Source: a virus
Taxonomy: Duplodnaviria > Caudoviricetes
Direction: 5' to 3' (one strand)
IMG/VR virus record: IMGVR_UViG_3300025151_000039
Span: 1-59,528 of that record
Length of the DNA: 59,528 nt
Both the position numbers and the translations under genes were made by a program. Below, piece after piece: positions 44,688 to 55,168 of this stretch. Position 1 is the stretch's first letter; each line of letters starts with the position of its first letter. The notes under the pieces are model-generated. The model was not told the DNA's origin. It worked only from the letters and a program-made list of their open reading frames with translations, and searched no databases.

Positions 44688-45002
44688 TTATTCTTTCCTT
44701 AAATACTTCAAAAGCGTATCTAAACTACTTTCTAAAGCATTGATGTCCTCTCCAATCTCTCTCTGATTTGAAATAAGTTTTTCAACTATTCCATAAACTT
44801 TGTTATTGCTTTCAGTTATATTTTGTTGCATCTCAGCTATCTCTCTGAGCATTTCAACAAACTGTCTATCTAGTTTGTGTATATATTGAGTTGCTAGCCA
44901 TCGAGCTACTATACCAATTCCTGCAAGAAATGTTATAACCAAAAATGTTGGCAATCCTTCTTCGGATAAAATGTATAGAAAGTCTTCCATAAGCAACTCC
45001 AA
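44688..45002 (-). CDS. Single-TM plus coiled-coil protein (holin-like)
   Basis: GLPTFLVITFLAGIGIVARWL TM followed by heptad repeats; in the lysis region. Confidence 0.55.
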   Translation of the reverse strand: MELLMEDFLYILSEEGLPTFLVITFLAGIGIVARWLATQYIHKLDRQFVEMLREIAEMQQNITESNNKVYGIVEKLISNQREIGEDINALESSLDTLLKYLRKE

Positions 45003-45005
45003 TCA

Positions 45006-46199
45006 TTATATTACTACTTGAATAATTGTCTTGTTTTTATGATTCTTAGAAGCAGATTTAGCATTATAAGCTGCTAAAGAATCATCTATTTCGTACCCTG
45101 TTTTAGGTACATTTTGTAAATCTATCTTAATACCATCTCTATTACCATCTTTATAAAAGATATAGCAATTCTGAGAAGCTCTACTAATTAAATTTAAACC
45201 TTTATCACTATAATCGTTAGCTCCCGCCAAGCTTGCAGAACGAGCATAATTATCCCCAACGGATGCGGAATGAACATGACCCATGATGACATAGTCAACT
45301 TTTATTCCTTTCATTGCAAATCTACCAATAACTTGATTAATAGATTTATCTAACGCTGCATGTCTTATAGAGCAATTACCATGCATTAGTAATAAGTTTT
45401 GCCCGGCAACTTCGACAACTAACTCAGTAGGATCTCCTTCGACAAACTTAATGTCTGAATCCTTAAAAATATACTTTAATATATTGAATATAGTAAAGTC
45501 GTAGTTATCTGTAGCTACAATCGGGGACCAACCGGGCTCTTTATTTACTCTTCCTTCGTTGCCAGTAACGCAAGCAACATTAATATTAAAATCTTTATGC
45601 AATTCTCTTATTAATTGCTGTAATAAATCAACAGCTAAGAAAGTTGCTTGAGAGCGATTTGTAGCCTCGTTTAATAACTCATCTAATCTTCTATCGGAGT
45701 TCATAAGATCTCCCGTTAGAGCTATCAATACGTTCGTTATTTTATGAGCTTTGAAGTAAAGTTTACACTTAGATACTAAATGCTTTAATCTTCTAGCTGC
45801 TACTTTAAAATCGTACTTATTGTCTTGTAGTGAGATTAATTCATTAAAGTGGACATCACTTAGCTGAATTACCCCAGCCGCAGATGTGTTTAATTTAGAA
45901 GAACTTACTCTCTTATGTAACTTGTTTTTTTTAAATATTTTAACAAGTTGCTCAGAATAAGCCTCAATAGCATTTTCAATTCGAGCAAATTCTCGAAAAG
46001 ATTTATTAGCTATCCTGTTTTTGTCCTGTAGAGCTTGTTTCTGCTTTGCTAGCCTTACATTCTCTACTATAACTTCGTCAAAAGGTTTTTGTGCCCCAGT
46101 CCCGCACTCTGTACACCTAAACCTTTGCATCGTAATACCGGTAGATTTATTAAATCTTGTTCCGTCACGATGCATATTGTTTCCGCATTTACATAGCAT
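45006..46199 (-). CDS. Zinc-ribbon plus calcineurin-like metallophosphoesterase
   Basis: CKCG...QRFRCTECG; LSDVHF, TGDLM, TGNEGR, MHG and MGHVH. Confidence 0.85.
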   Translation of the reverse strand: MLCKCGNNMHRDGTRFNKSTGITMQRFRCTECGTGAQKPFDEVIVENVRLAKQKQALQDKNRIANKSFREFARIENAIEAYSEQLVKIFKKNKLHKRVSSSKLNTSAAGVIQLSDVHFNELISLQDNKYDFKVAARRLKHLVSKCKLYFKAHKITNVLIALTGDLMNSDRRLDELLNEATNRSQATFLAVDLLQQLIRELHKDFNINVACVTGNEGRVNKEPGWSPIVATDNYDFTIFNILKYIFKDSDIKFVEGDPTELVVEVAGQNLLLMHGNCSIRHAALDKSINQVIGRFAMKGIKVDYVIMGHVHSASVGDNYARSASLAGANDYSDKGLNLISRASQNCYIFYKDGNRDGIKIDLQNVPKTGYEIDDSLAAYNAKSASKNHKNKTIIQVVI

Positions 46200-46401
46200 A
46201 TAGGTACCTTATTCATTTACTTATAATCTCTCTATAGGTCTTTACAATTAATCCAATTAAAATAACAAAGGAAATGAGTACTCTTAATACCCATGGAATA
46301 AACTCTATATAAGTTATTCCTATACCTCCAGCTCCTATAGCGACTTTGTGTATCGTAGAATCAATCACCGCTTTTATCGTATCCATATTTCTACTCCGTT
46401 T

Positions 46402-46842
46402 TTACTTATTAGCTTCTAAAAAGTGCTCAATCGTACCACGACCAAGCTCTGTATTATAAAACTTTTTCCAATACTTTGCTTGTGATTCTTTATCATCAGC
46501 TTTTGGTAAAGGATCTTTAAACCTTCTATATTGCAATCTTGCAAATGCTACTTGTAAGGCTATAGATGACATTATTGAATGTTTTAAGTCTCCATCATCT
46601 AGCCCAAGTGCATATAAATCTGTTTTTATTTGAGGGCGATAAAACACATAGTTATCCCAAACATCTTGGGCTGTAGCAGGCTCTACTTGAAAAAATCCTA
46701 CTGCAGGTCCACCCATTTGCTCTAATACTCGGTATCCTGACTCGGCTTTTCCTGTAGCAAATATCATTGCTCTTGCCTCTTCAGAGTCCATTCCCATTCT
46801 TCCTAAAACATATTTAATGATTTTTTTAATTGATTTTTCCAT
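46402..46842 (-). CDS. Putative endolysin (lysozyme-like/transglycosylase fold)
   Basis: TGKAESG...Q..GPAVGFFQVEPAT...ARLQY...YWKKFYNT..GRG pattern. Confidence 0.7.
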   Translation of the reverse strand: MEKSIKKIIKYVLGRMGMDSEEARAMIFATGKAESGYRVLEQMGGPAVGFFQVEPATAQDVWDNYVFYRPQIKTDLYALGLDDGDLKHSIMSSIALQVAFARLQYRRFKDPLPKADDKESQAKYWKKFYNTELGRGTIEHFLEANK

Positions 46843-46878
46843 TTTACCCTTTATTTTAAACTAGTTGTATATAGTGTA

Positions 46879-47109
46879 TTACTTTTTATGATAAGGATTA
46901 TCAGTTGGTTTTACATTAAAATTAGTAATGCAAAGATCGTAAATAACATTAACTTTTTCAGATAACTCGTTGATTTTGTCAAAAACTTCTTGAACTGCTT
47001 TAGATTCGTCTTCCAATATAACATGCTCAATACCTTCTGATAATTCTTGAGCTTTGTTTTTATCTGACTCTGGATCCCATGATAATTTTATTGTATCTAT
47101 TGATGCCAT
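46879..47109 (-). CDS. Hypothetical protein
   Basis: AAAGGAG SD; 76 aa. Confidence 0.6.
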   Translation of the reverse strand: MASIDTIKLSWDPESDKNKAQELSEGIEHVILEDESKAVQEVFDKINELSEKVNVIYDLCITNFNVKPTDNPYHKK

Positions 47110-47120
47110 AATACTCCTTT

Positions 47121-49874
47121 TTAATCGAACTCTATTTCAATGCTTTGACTTATATACCAATAAGTATAATCCGTGCTCCCTCCTGTTGGAGTAGCAGCTG
47201 TTACCAACAAGTCTCCTTGCGCTAAATTGACTCCACTTTCAAAACTTGTCGTTGATTGAGGAGCATGCATAGAAGATGTGTCTGTGGCTGCAATAAACTC
47301 TAATCCTCCTATATAATCACAAGTAAAATTACCTGCATGATTTGTCTGCGTAGCAGGAGTTACCTTCCATAATCCAATCAAGCAGTCTGCTGTAGAAGTA
47401 TTTTGATAAGCAGTAGCAGTGAATCTTTTAACCGTGCACGCTCTTGGAGCTACAAAATCCGAATAAGATAAAGAAGCCCATGCAGAACATCCTGTATCTG
47501 TGTAATTTGAGCCACTCTTTGTAGTAGTTAATCCCCAGTATTCTGAACTTTTATAATAATTTGAATTATAACCAGCAACCCATTTATTAGCCTTTAAAGA
47601 CCATCTCCACATATTTGATATAACAAATCTATCTGCACCACCTGCATTAGCATCTACATAAGCCTTTATGGATTGTTGAGTTGCTAAAGCTACATCTGAA
47701 TCGTGAGCCATATCATCTTCATCAAATATACCTACCATTTCAGTACCACCTGCTATTGATAGCTTATCAGTATCTAAAGAATCAACATTTGTAATATCAT
47801 TATCACCAAAATCAACATTACCTGTCATAGTACCACCACTTAAATTTAATTTAGTAGCCAATGCATCGTGTACTGCATTGTTTTCAACAGGATTAGTAGA
47901 GCCATCTGTTATAGAAGAGTCAACTGTAACACTTCCAGCATTATCATCTACATACTTCTTGGTAGCTATTTCATAGTCTGAACCAGGAGTATAGTTACCA
48001 CCATTGTCTTTAACATAAATATTTCCACTTGCAGCATCTAGAGTTATGTCTCCATCTGCATCTATAGTTACATGAGCCGCTGTTGCATCATCATCTACAG
48101 TTGAAATAATTGTTTCACCATGTGTTTTTGTTGTGATATTAAATAAATCACCTTCATCTGCATGAGATTCCATTTGAAACGAAGTGTTAATGGAAGCATT
48201 TTGATCTCCTGGAGTCAGCTTTATATGTCCTCTGTCTGCAGAAGTATACCCTATTGTATTCCTAGTAATCTTGAATAATTCTGCCCCTACATTTACAGTA
48301 GATCCCAAGCCAGTGCCCACATAAACGTCAACATTATTGTAAACATTGTCATTGCCTTGAGCTCTAAGAAATTCATGAGGAGATACATTTAAATCAGCGT
48401 AATCATTTCCCATCGCATAAAAAGACATACGCCCTTCTTCGCTATTCTCCGTAACATCGCCAGCAGAACATGCAATTTTTCCAAATGTTACCATTTCACC
48501 ATTATCATCCTTGGACTTAAACAGTATGTCTCCAATCATATCTCCATCTGACATATTACCGTTAGGGTTAGTGCTATGTTCCACTTGGAGTACTATGGAA
48601 GGCCCTGTTGATGTATGTGTTTTTTGTAACAAGAGAGACTGATCTGATACAATTCCGCCAGTTGTATCGAAAATAGCTTTACCGCTTGATGTTATCTTTA
48701 AATCTGTACCGTCACCCGTGATATACTCATCAACGTGTCCAAATATAATTTTATCATTATTCGGCATAGTAATATCACCCGTCATAGTACCACCTGCAAG
48801 AGGTAATTGAGCATCATTAGTTACATTGCTAAGGCCAACATCTGCCTTGGCTAAAGATAAATCTGATTTTAATTCAGCAAATGTTCTTCCTTTGACATGT
48901 GAAGTACCCATCACCATAACATCATCAGTAGCTAAAGCTTCTTCACTTTTTAAAGAATTTCCACTACTTTTACCAAACGTTAATGCATCTTGCTTAGCAT
49001 TCCATGTCGCAGCGCTTGATATTTTGCCATCAGCTATAGCATCACCGTTCCAGGTTCCTGTACCAATATCTCCAACAGTGTCTATATTAGCACTGCCTCC
49101 GAATGTATCAATATAGCTAAAAACTCCGTGGCTTTTAACTAAATTATTACTATTCTCGGTAGGATATTGATCTATAGGCACTTCCTCGGCATCCCCGGAT
49201 TGCCCAGGCCCACTAGTTATATTGCCTATAACTTTATAAGCGTTAATCTCTGGTAATTTACTTAAGGCTATAGAGTGATCTGCTACAGTTGCGGTATTAT
49301 CTATAGTATCTACTTCAAAATAGGTAGGAGCTCCATGTTGGAATTTTATCTGAGTAGTACTATGACCTGTAGTTGTTGAAGAGTATGTAAACCATCTTTT
49401 ATTTGTAGAAGAGTCGACAGCTGTAACGACTGTAGAATCAGAATAGGCGACATTATAACCGGCTATACTTGAGTTAGTTATAACAAAATGATCACCTACA
49501 CTTAATTTATGATATTCTAAAGGGGGCATAGTAACCGTAACATGAGAGCCATTCCCAGCCACGGTTACATTAATTTGCGGATCAACTTTGGCGATTGATA
49601 AAACTTTACCAATATCAGAATCCCCGATAGTAGACATATCTTTACTAGAAAGAATAGTGCTCCTAAGATGATCTGATCCACTGTCTGGGTTTCCAGTAGT
49701 ACTAGTATTGACCCAAACCCAATCGCCTTGGTGATTTAAACAATGAGTGCCTGTAGCACCATGCCCGATAGTATGCCCAGGGATTGTGAATTGTTTTCCA
49801 GCTGCCTGACTTGAGCTTTGTCCGCTGAAGACTTCGATCTCATCGGCAACTATTAACCTTTTCCATGTAGACAT
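47121..49874 (-). CDS. Tail fibre protein
   Basis: Fibre motifs AKADVGLSNVTN, LPLAGGTMTG, IATKKYVD, LNLSGGTMTG and ALATQQSIKAYVD. Confidence 0.85.
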   Translation of the reverse strand: MSTWKRLIVADEIEVFSGQSSSQAAGKQFTIPGHTIGHGATGTHCLNHQGDWVWVNTSTTGNPDSGSDHLRSTILSSKDMSTIGDSDIGKVLSIAKVDPQINVTVAGNGSHVTVTMPPLEYHKLSVGDHFVITNSSIAGYNVAYSDSTVVTAVDSSTNKRWFTYSSTTTGHSTTQIKFQHGAPTYFEVDTIDNTATVADHSIALSKLPEINAYKVIGNITSGPGQSGDAEEVPIDQYPTENSNNLVKSHGVFSYIDTFGGSANIDTVGDIGTGTWNGDAIADGKISSAATWNAKQDALTFGKSSGNSLKSEEALATDDVMVMGTSHVKGRTFAELKSDLSLAKADVGLSNVTNDAQLPLAGGTMTGDITMPNNDKIIFGHVDEYITGDGTDLKITSSGKAIFDTTGGIVSDQSLLLQKTHTSTGPSIVLQVEHSTNPNGNMSDGDMIGDILFKSKDDNGEMVTFGKIACSAGDVTENSEEGRMSFYAMGNDYADLNVSPHEFLRAQGNDNVYNNVDVYVGTGLGSTVNVGAELFKITRNTIGYTSADRGHIKLTPGDQNASINTSFQMESHADEGDLFNITTKTHGETIISTVDDDATAAHVTIDADGDITLDAASGNIYVKDNGGNYTPGSDYEIATKKYVDDNAGSVTVDSSITDGSTNPVENNAVHDALATKLNLSGGTMTGNVDFGDNDITNVDSLDTDKLSIAGGTEMVGIFDEDDMAHDSDVALATQQSIKAYVDANAGGADRFVISNMWRWSLKANKWVAGYNSNYYKSSEYWGLTTTKSGSNYTDTGCSAWASLSYSDFVAPRACTVKRFTATAYQNTSTADCLIGLWKVTPATQTNHAGNFTCDYIGGLEFIAATDTSSMHAPQSTTSFESGVNLAQGDLLVTAATPTGGSTDYTYWYISQSIEIEFD

Positions 49875-50245
49875 ATTTCAGCTTCCTAAGAAGCTTCAGG
49901 TTGCTGTGGCTGCTCAGATTCTATTTTTTCATAAAGCTTCTGTAGCTTCGCCATAACTTTTGACACCATAATAGCATCTTTAGCCTTTATACTACAGTTT
50001 TGACAAGCTTGCAATATAAACACTAATTCATTAGGTTCGTCTAACTTTAAGTTCACTTAAACATCTCCTCTTTTGTTATTCTCTGTATCTCTTGTAACTT
50101 CTTAGTCGTTTTGACTAACTCTTCTAAATCAGAGCCATGTAGATTTAATGAGTTATAAATTACTTTCAATAAGCAGTCTATATTATTTAAACCAAGCTCT
50201 GGTTTCTTCTCTTTATTCTTTGAAATCAAAAAAAGCCTCTTCTCT

Positions 50246-52573
50246 TTAAGTTGGTATTGCGCCGGTAGGATCTATAAGCTCTGCGAAAGGAGTTTCTTCA
50301 GGTAATGTTCTTAACCATACTTTAGTTCTACCATCTTGAGTCCTAGATGTCATTTGCCCTAAAGCTACAGGATAAGCAGAACTAGGTCCAGTATTAAAAG
50401 AATCCAGTGTTGTGTTCCAATCTTTATGAAGAGTAGCCCAAGAAAGTCCCCCACCAACATCAGTAGGAATGCCTACAGGTGCTTCATTATCATCTGTTAA
50501 GCCATTCCCAGAAACTGTTTGAGAATTTCTAAATACTATCGTAGCTGAATGATCTATAGTCCAATCATTGTCGTGCATATTTAAAATCATAAGTCTTTGA
50601 TTTACAGATGTGTTAGTATACATATCGTATTGCATATAAGCTACATAAGGATTTAAATCTTGCTCTGTTGTAAACGAAGTATCATAATTCTCAAGCATTG
50701 CTGATACTACAAAATTACGCATAATATTAGCTAAGGCACTTTTAGCTGCTGATTTAGCATTATCACTTGGAGTGGCAGAATTACCAATCTGTTGAGCCAG
50801 TCTAAACCATACTTCATCCATATCAAATCCAATAATTGGACCCTCTGTCCATCTTGAATCAGCACTTGTAATATACCTGAACATATATGGATAAATAACA
50901 TCCATATCCACCGAAGTATTATCTGGTAAAGTCATCATTGCCCCGTGCGCACTATCATAAGTAATAACCCCTTCAATCCTATTACTATTCACATCAGTGA
51001 AGCACCATCTATCAACTTGAGGATTAGCAACATCAGTTATAGAGCTAAGCGCACTATTATCGAACCGGAAGAAATGATTAGATAAAAAATCACCATTTGT
51101 TAAATTTTGATTACCAAACTTACCAAGTACAGGGTTTTGCCATCCTTCAGTATTTACAGGCATATAGATCGTATTGCCTGTTGAAGTTACACTGCTACCT
51201 GATGAGCTAAAAGTTGCAGTGTCTTGTATATATGTTTCAATTAGATTGCCAAAGGATACATTAAGATTGTCATTGTCAATCCATTGGCTATTTGCAGCAT
51301 CAGTATTTGCAGAAAGAAGCTTACATTTACCGAAGAAATGAAGCATATTAAAGCTACCTACATTATCAATATCCCAAGTAGCAACTCCTCCATCATTTTT
51401 TATCTTTAAGCCTGACCACCAGCCTTGGTTGTGTAATGTAAAATCCTCAGTAGGAGTAAAATTATAGCCATCTTCGGTAATTGTTACAGCCGGATTTAAC
51501 CCAAGAGTATTTGCCGCAGTATCCCAAAGACCTGCAACATTTCCAGCATCATTCTGCATTTCTAGAGTAGATGTATTATCTGGGTGGAATATTACATTGG
51601 CAGCTGAAAATTCAGGAGTCTCGCCTGGATCTACAAAAGTATGATCAAAATCTACAGTAAGTCCAGTTTCCCAATTTGCATGCAACAAGTTGCTTGTGTC
51701 TACTGTTGGACCGAAAAAATCTTGTCTAACCCATTTAAAACCCGTATAAAGAGCATTAGCAGTTCTAGGGTCAGCTTCAATTATAGTCGAAGTATAATCC
51801 TGGCCAGTAGGCGAAGACCAATCACCTACAATACCACTAGCTCCTTCTGGGTTTGTCATAACATCGAAATCATCTGCAACAAGCAACCAGTTTGGGTATA
51901 AATTAGAATTTGGCTGACCATTACCATGCTGATATAGATCAGCTACACTTCTTTCACCAGCTATATTTGCACCGCCGCTACTTAAGCCAAAGGTTGCAGG
52001 TATAAAATGATTTGCAGAAACCTCTGTCTGCGTCTCTACGCCATTATTTCCTTTGAAAAATTTAGCACCAGCAACAATAGGGCCTAATCTAGCCGCCATT
52101 GCATTAGCATGAGCAGCTATACCACCATCATGATAGAACCTGAATCCTCCTCCACCAGCATCTGAAAGCTGTGATGGATAAGATTGTAAACTCCAACCAG
52201 TATCTACAGTTCTTGCAGCGTTCATTATAACTCTTGGTTCAAAAGTGCCAGGGTCTAGTATGTTTTCTGCAGTAGGAACGTCTTGTAAAATATGACTAGT
52301 ATTAGGGCCATAAGTCTTAGAAGGCTCCTCTATTACAATAGATTTCCATGTAGGATTTAAATTTTCGGTCGTAGAATTAACCCATTTAGGATTTGTTTTT
52401 GCAAGATGCTCCCAAACACTAGAATCCCAATCTCGTATTGTAAATTCATCAAATCTATTTTTTAGCTCAGCATGACCTAAATCATTAATTAGTTTAGCTT
52501 CTGCCGGTAAAGATGGAAGCAAACCCGATTCTGAGTGCTCTGTAACACCTTTTGTATATATTGAACCTGACAT
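50246..52573 (-). CDS. Putative tail/virion structural protein
   Basis: 775 aa, Asn/Thr/Gly-rich, within the tail cluster. Confidence 0.55.
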   Translation of the reverse strand: MSGSIYTKGVTEHSESGLLPSLPAEAKLINDLGHAELKNRFDEFTIRDWDSSVWEHLAKTNPKWVNSTTENLNPTWKSIVIEEPSKTYGPNTSHILQDVPTAENILDPGTFEPRVIMNAARTVDTGWSLQSYPSQLSDAGGGGFRFYHDGGIAAHANAMAARLGPIVAGAKFFKGNNGVETQTEVSANHFIPATFGLSSGGANIAGERSVADLYQHGNGQPNSNLYPNWLLVADDFDVMTNPEGASGIVGDWSSPTGQDYTSTIIEADPRTANALYTGFKWVRQDFFGPTVDTSNLLHANWETGLTVDFDHTFVDPGETPEFSAANVIFHPDNTSTLEMQNDAGNVAGLWDTAANTLGLNPAVTITEDGYNFTPTEDFTLHNQGWWSGLKIKNDGGVATWDIDNVGSFNMLHFFGKCKLLSANTDAANSQWIDNDNLNVSFGNLIETYIQDTATFSSSGSSVTSTGNTIYMPVNTEGWQNPVLGKFGNQNLTNGDFLSNHFFRFDNSALSSITDVANPQVDRWCFTDVNSNRIEGVITYDSAHGAMMTLPDNTSVDMDVIYPYMFRYITSADSRWTEGPIIGFDMDEVWFRLAQQIGNSATPSDNAKSAAKSALANIMRNFVVSAMLENYDTSFTTEQDLNPYVAYMQYDMYTNTSVNQRLMILNMHDNDWTIDHSATIVFRNSQTVSGNGLTDDNEAPVGIPTDVGGGLSWATLHKDWNTTLDSFNTGPSSAYPVALGQMTSRTQDGRTKVWLRTLPEETPFAELIDPTGAIPT

Positions 52574-52586
52574 ATTTTCTCCTTAA

Positions 52587-53351
52587 TTAAGATACAGATG
52601 TGCAGATATATAAATTGCCATCTGATGCTGCAAATCCCATTTGACCTTCTACAACCCAGTCAGTTGAAACAGTTCCATTTGTAAAATTATCAGTAGTTCC
52701 AAACTTCATAGTATGGATCCTTTGATACCCAAGGCTATCAACAGTTCCTCCATCATCATTATAAGTAACCCATTGTCCTTTAAAATTAGCAAGAGCTGTT
52801 GTTGCAGAGGATGGATGTATATATTTTATATGAGACTTAGTACTCGCTCCAGTATGAATCTCTAAACCAGCCTGATCACTACCAGCAGTACTAGCAAATC
52901 CACTTCCATCCGAATTAAGAACAATAGTATTACCTGTAGTATACTGATATTCACTACCATAAATAATAGCCTCATCAACACTCAATGTACCAGCTATAGC
53001 TACATTATTAAAAGATACATTAGAATCTGTAGTAACATAGTTGCTTAAATCTACAGCTTCACCAGTAGGTTGATCTATAAATTCAAATGTTTGTGTGCTA
53101 ACATTAAATGTTAAAACTTGCTCATCTGCAGTAGGTGCAGCTTTTTCAAAAGTATTTGAAGTATTATTGTACCATAACAGTCCATGAGCAGGTTGGTCAT
53201 TATTCGTTGTATGTAGATCATTTCTACCAGTACCACCTTGTGATATAGGTATAGTAGCAGTTATACTTCCAGCATATCCTGTAGTATGTTGTGATATTGA
53301 GCCGTTATTTTCGGCATTTGTTTCAGTTACGACCTTTTTCCATGTTGACAT
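52587..53351 (-). CDS. Short tail fibre-like protein
   Basis: IPISQGGTG and IVLNS...AGLEI motifs; N-terminus MSTWKKVV is similar to the 917-aa fibre (MSTWKRLI). Confidence 0.65.
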   Translation of the reverse strand: MSTWKKVVTETNAENNGSISQHTTGYAGSITATIPISQGGTGRNDLHTTNNDQPAHGLLWYNNTSNTFEKAAPTADEQVLTFNVSTQTFEFIDQPTGEAVDLSNYVTTDSNVSFNNVAIAGTLSVDEAIIYGSEYQYTTGNTIVLNSDGSGFASTAGSDQAGLEIHTGASTKSHIKYIHPSSATTALANFKGQWVTYNDDGGTVDSLGYQRIHTMKFGTTDNFTNGTVSTDWVVEGQMGFAASDGNLYICTSVS

Positions 53352-53372
53352 TCTTAGTTCTCCTTAATATTA

Positions 53373-54002
53373 TTAGGTTACATTTACCAATTCTTGAACA
53401 GCAGTATCTATCGCGCTCACTATAGCGTTTTTTTCAGTAGTTTTTGTTGTTCTTGTGTTTGTACTTCTTGATACATCACCTATTTGTAATGCATTTGCAA
53501 TTAGTACTTCGTAAAGGTTATTTACCTTTACCGCCATAGCAGGAGGCATTTTATATAAATACTCTCCCCATACAATATGAGGAACTGGCATGTATCCTCC
53601 GTAAAACTTTAATTTACCAGCAGCAGCTACTGTTAGTAGAGATGATGGTGTATATTTTAAACCATTTGTCGCTTTATTTGCAACCCATGTGCTTTTCGCG
53701 CCTTGAGACCAATTTCCAGCGGTCTTTTTTTGATTAAATCCTAAAGTGCCTGGAGACACTGTATAATTATAAGGAGCAGAACCAGTACCTGTGTAAGTTA
53801 TAGTATAACTTGAGCCGTCAGATGCTTTGGCTGAATCGTTCATCAAGTTTTTAAAAGCAACATCTAATATACTTTTAAAATCTTTACTGCTACCAATAGC
53901 TTTACCATTAACTGGAAGTAAATCAGAAGCTCTAGTGGCAATGCTAGCGCCACTCATAATAGCATCATATTTTGTATGTGCAACTTTTAATAAATTTTTC
54001 AT
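53373..54002 (-). CDS. Hypothetical virion protein
   Basis: 209 aa in the structural operon. Confidence 0.55.
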   Translation of the reverse strand: MKNLLKVAHTKYDAIMSGASIATRASDLLPVNGKAIGSSKDFKSILDVAFKNLMNDSAKASDGSSYTITYTGTGSAPYNYTVSPGTLGFNQKKTAGNWSQGAKSTWVANKATNGLKYTPSSLLTVAAAGKLKFYGGYMPVPHIVWGEYLYKMPPAMAVKVNNLYEVLIANALQIGDVSRSTNTRTTKTTEKNAIVSAIDTAVQELVNVT

Positions 54003-54004
54003 TT

Positions 54005-54508
54005 CTAACCTTTTATTTTTAATTCCCCGTTAACAAAAGCAATAGAGCCATCATCTAAGCCTTCTGGTTCTTCATTTGTTTCTAAAATATTTAGCGCGCC
54101 TGTATTATATATCTTAACTTTATTATCAAAATTAAATAAAACAGCATCAGATGGAGGTTCTATATTAGCATCAAATTGAAATGAATTAAAATACAGAGTT
54201 GTCCCATCAGTGCTAATTCCATGCTGATACTCGTCTCCAAAAAATAAAGCACCACCTGTTGGGATTGATTGATTAAACTCTGGTAAATCAAATTCATTTG
54301 TAGTAGTTGTTTGAGTTTGAGGCAATGTATTCTCAACACCCCAAGATATTTCATCTGGTATTTTATTTGTCCAAGATGTATTAACAGTAACATCTGACTC
54401 TATAACACTTGAGCCTGGTATACCAGGAGCAGTAGAAGTAGCGTTAGAACCTTCGGAAGATCCCCAATTTGTTGTTACGCCGTTTTTATGTCCCCAATTA
54501 GTACTCAC
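54005..54508 (-). CDS. Hypothetical virion protein
   Basis: 167 aa, acidic/Thr-rich. Confidence 0.55.
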   Translation of the reverse strand: MSTNWGHKNGVTTNWGSSEGSNATSTAPGIPGSSVIESDVTVNTSWTNKIPDEISWGVENTLPQTQTTTTNEFDLPEFNQSIPTGGALFFGDEYQHGISTDGTTLYFNSFQFDANIEPPSDAVLFNFDNKVKIYNTGALNILETNEEPEGLDDGSIAFVNGELKIKG

Positions 54509-54897
54509 GATCTCATTACCCAGTTACTTTTAACTATTCTTGCTCCACCTGCTCTAGTTGCTCCAAACCTAGAAACCTGATCTCTAAATTTCATCATAAA
54601 ATATTCTCTCATTTTTGGATCATCAGCTAGCTCTGACTTAACATAATCAACCAAAGCATTTTCTAAAGATTCAGGTATAGGTAAGGTTTTTGACTCATCT
54701 GTTATAGTAGAGAAGTCAGGAACCCTAGTTACCTCTAGCTGCAGACCATCGTAAACTACAGGGTCTGTACCAGTTATTGCAACCTTTATTTCTTTAGTAG
54801 GTTTTACTAAATAACCATCATCATTCATTTCGTATAGATAGATATATTTGCCTTCTACATACCAATAATATTTTCTTTCATTAATAGTATAGGCCAT
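54505..54897 (-). CDS. Putative head-tail adaptor/ring protein
   Basis: LPIPESLENALVDYVKS pattern typical of adaptor C-termini; position after capsid genes. Confidence 0.5.
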   Translation of the reverse strand: MAYTINERKYYWYVEGKYIYLYEMNDDGYLVKPTKEIKVAITGTDPVVYDGLQLEVTRVPDFSTITDESKTLPIPESLENALVDYVKSELADDPKMREYFMMKFRDQVSRFGATRAGGARIVKSNWVMRS

Positions 54898-55163
54898 TAT
54901 TTTTCCTCTATATGATTAGTTTCATATATTCTAGAGATTGGATAGTATTTATCATCATCTAAGTTTAAAACTTTTAATTCGTTAATTCTAATAAAAGAAG
55001 GATCTATAGCATACTGATGAACACCTACTTCAATACCTGTAGTCATTTTATCAACATTATCTTTAGTTGTTTGTTGTATTTCAGCAATACCGTCTTTAGC
55101 TAAAGCCTTTACTAAATTAAATCTTGTTTCTCCAACTCTTTCCATTAATTCTTGCATTGTCAT
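54897..55163 (-). CDS. Putative head-tail adaptor-related protein
   Basis: MTMQELMERV...GVHQYAIDPSFIRI resembles adaptor N-terminal halves. Confidence 0.45.
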   Translation of the reverse strand: MTMQELMERVGETRFNLVKALAKDGIAEIQQTTKDNVDKMTTGIEVGVHQYAIDPSFIRINELKVLNLDDDKYYPISRIYETNHIEEK

Positions 55164-55168
55164 AATTC

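Noticed and set aside
46100-46199. IS1-like transposase (InsA zinc ribbon)
   Set aside because: The zinc ribbon is fused to a phosphoesterase; no DDE domain or terminal inverted repeats.
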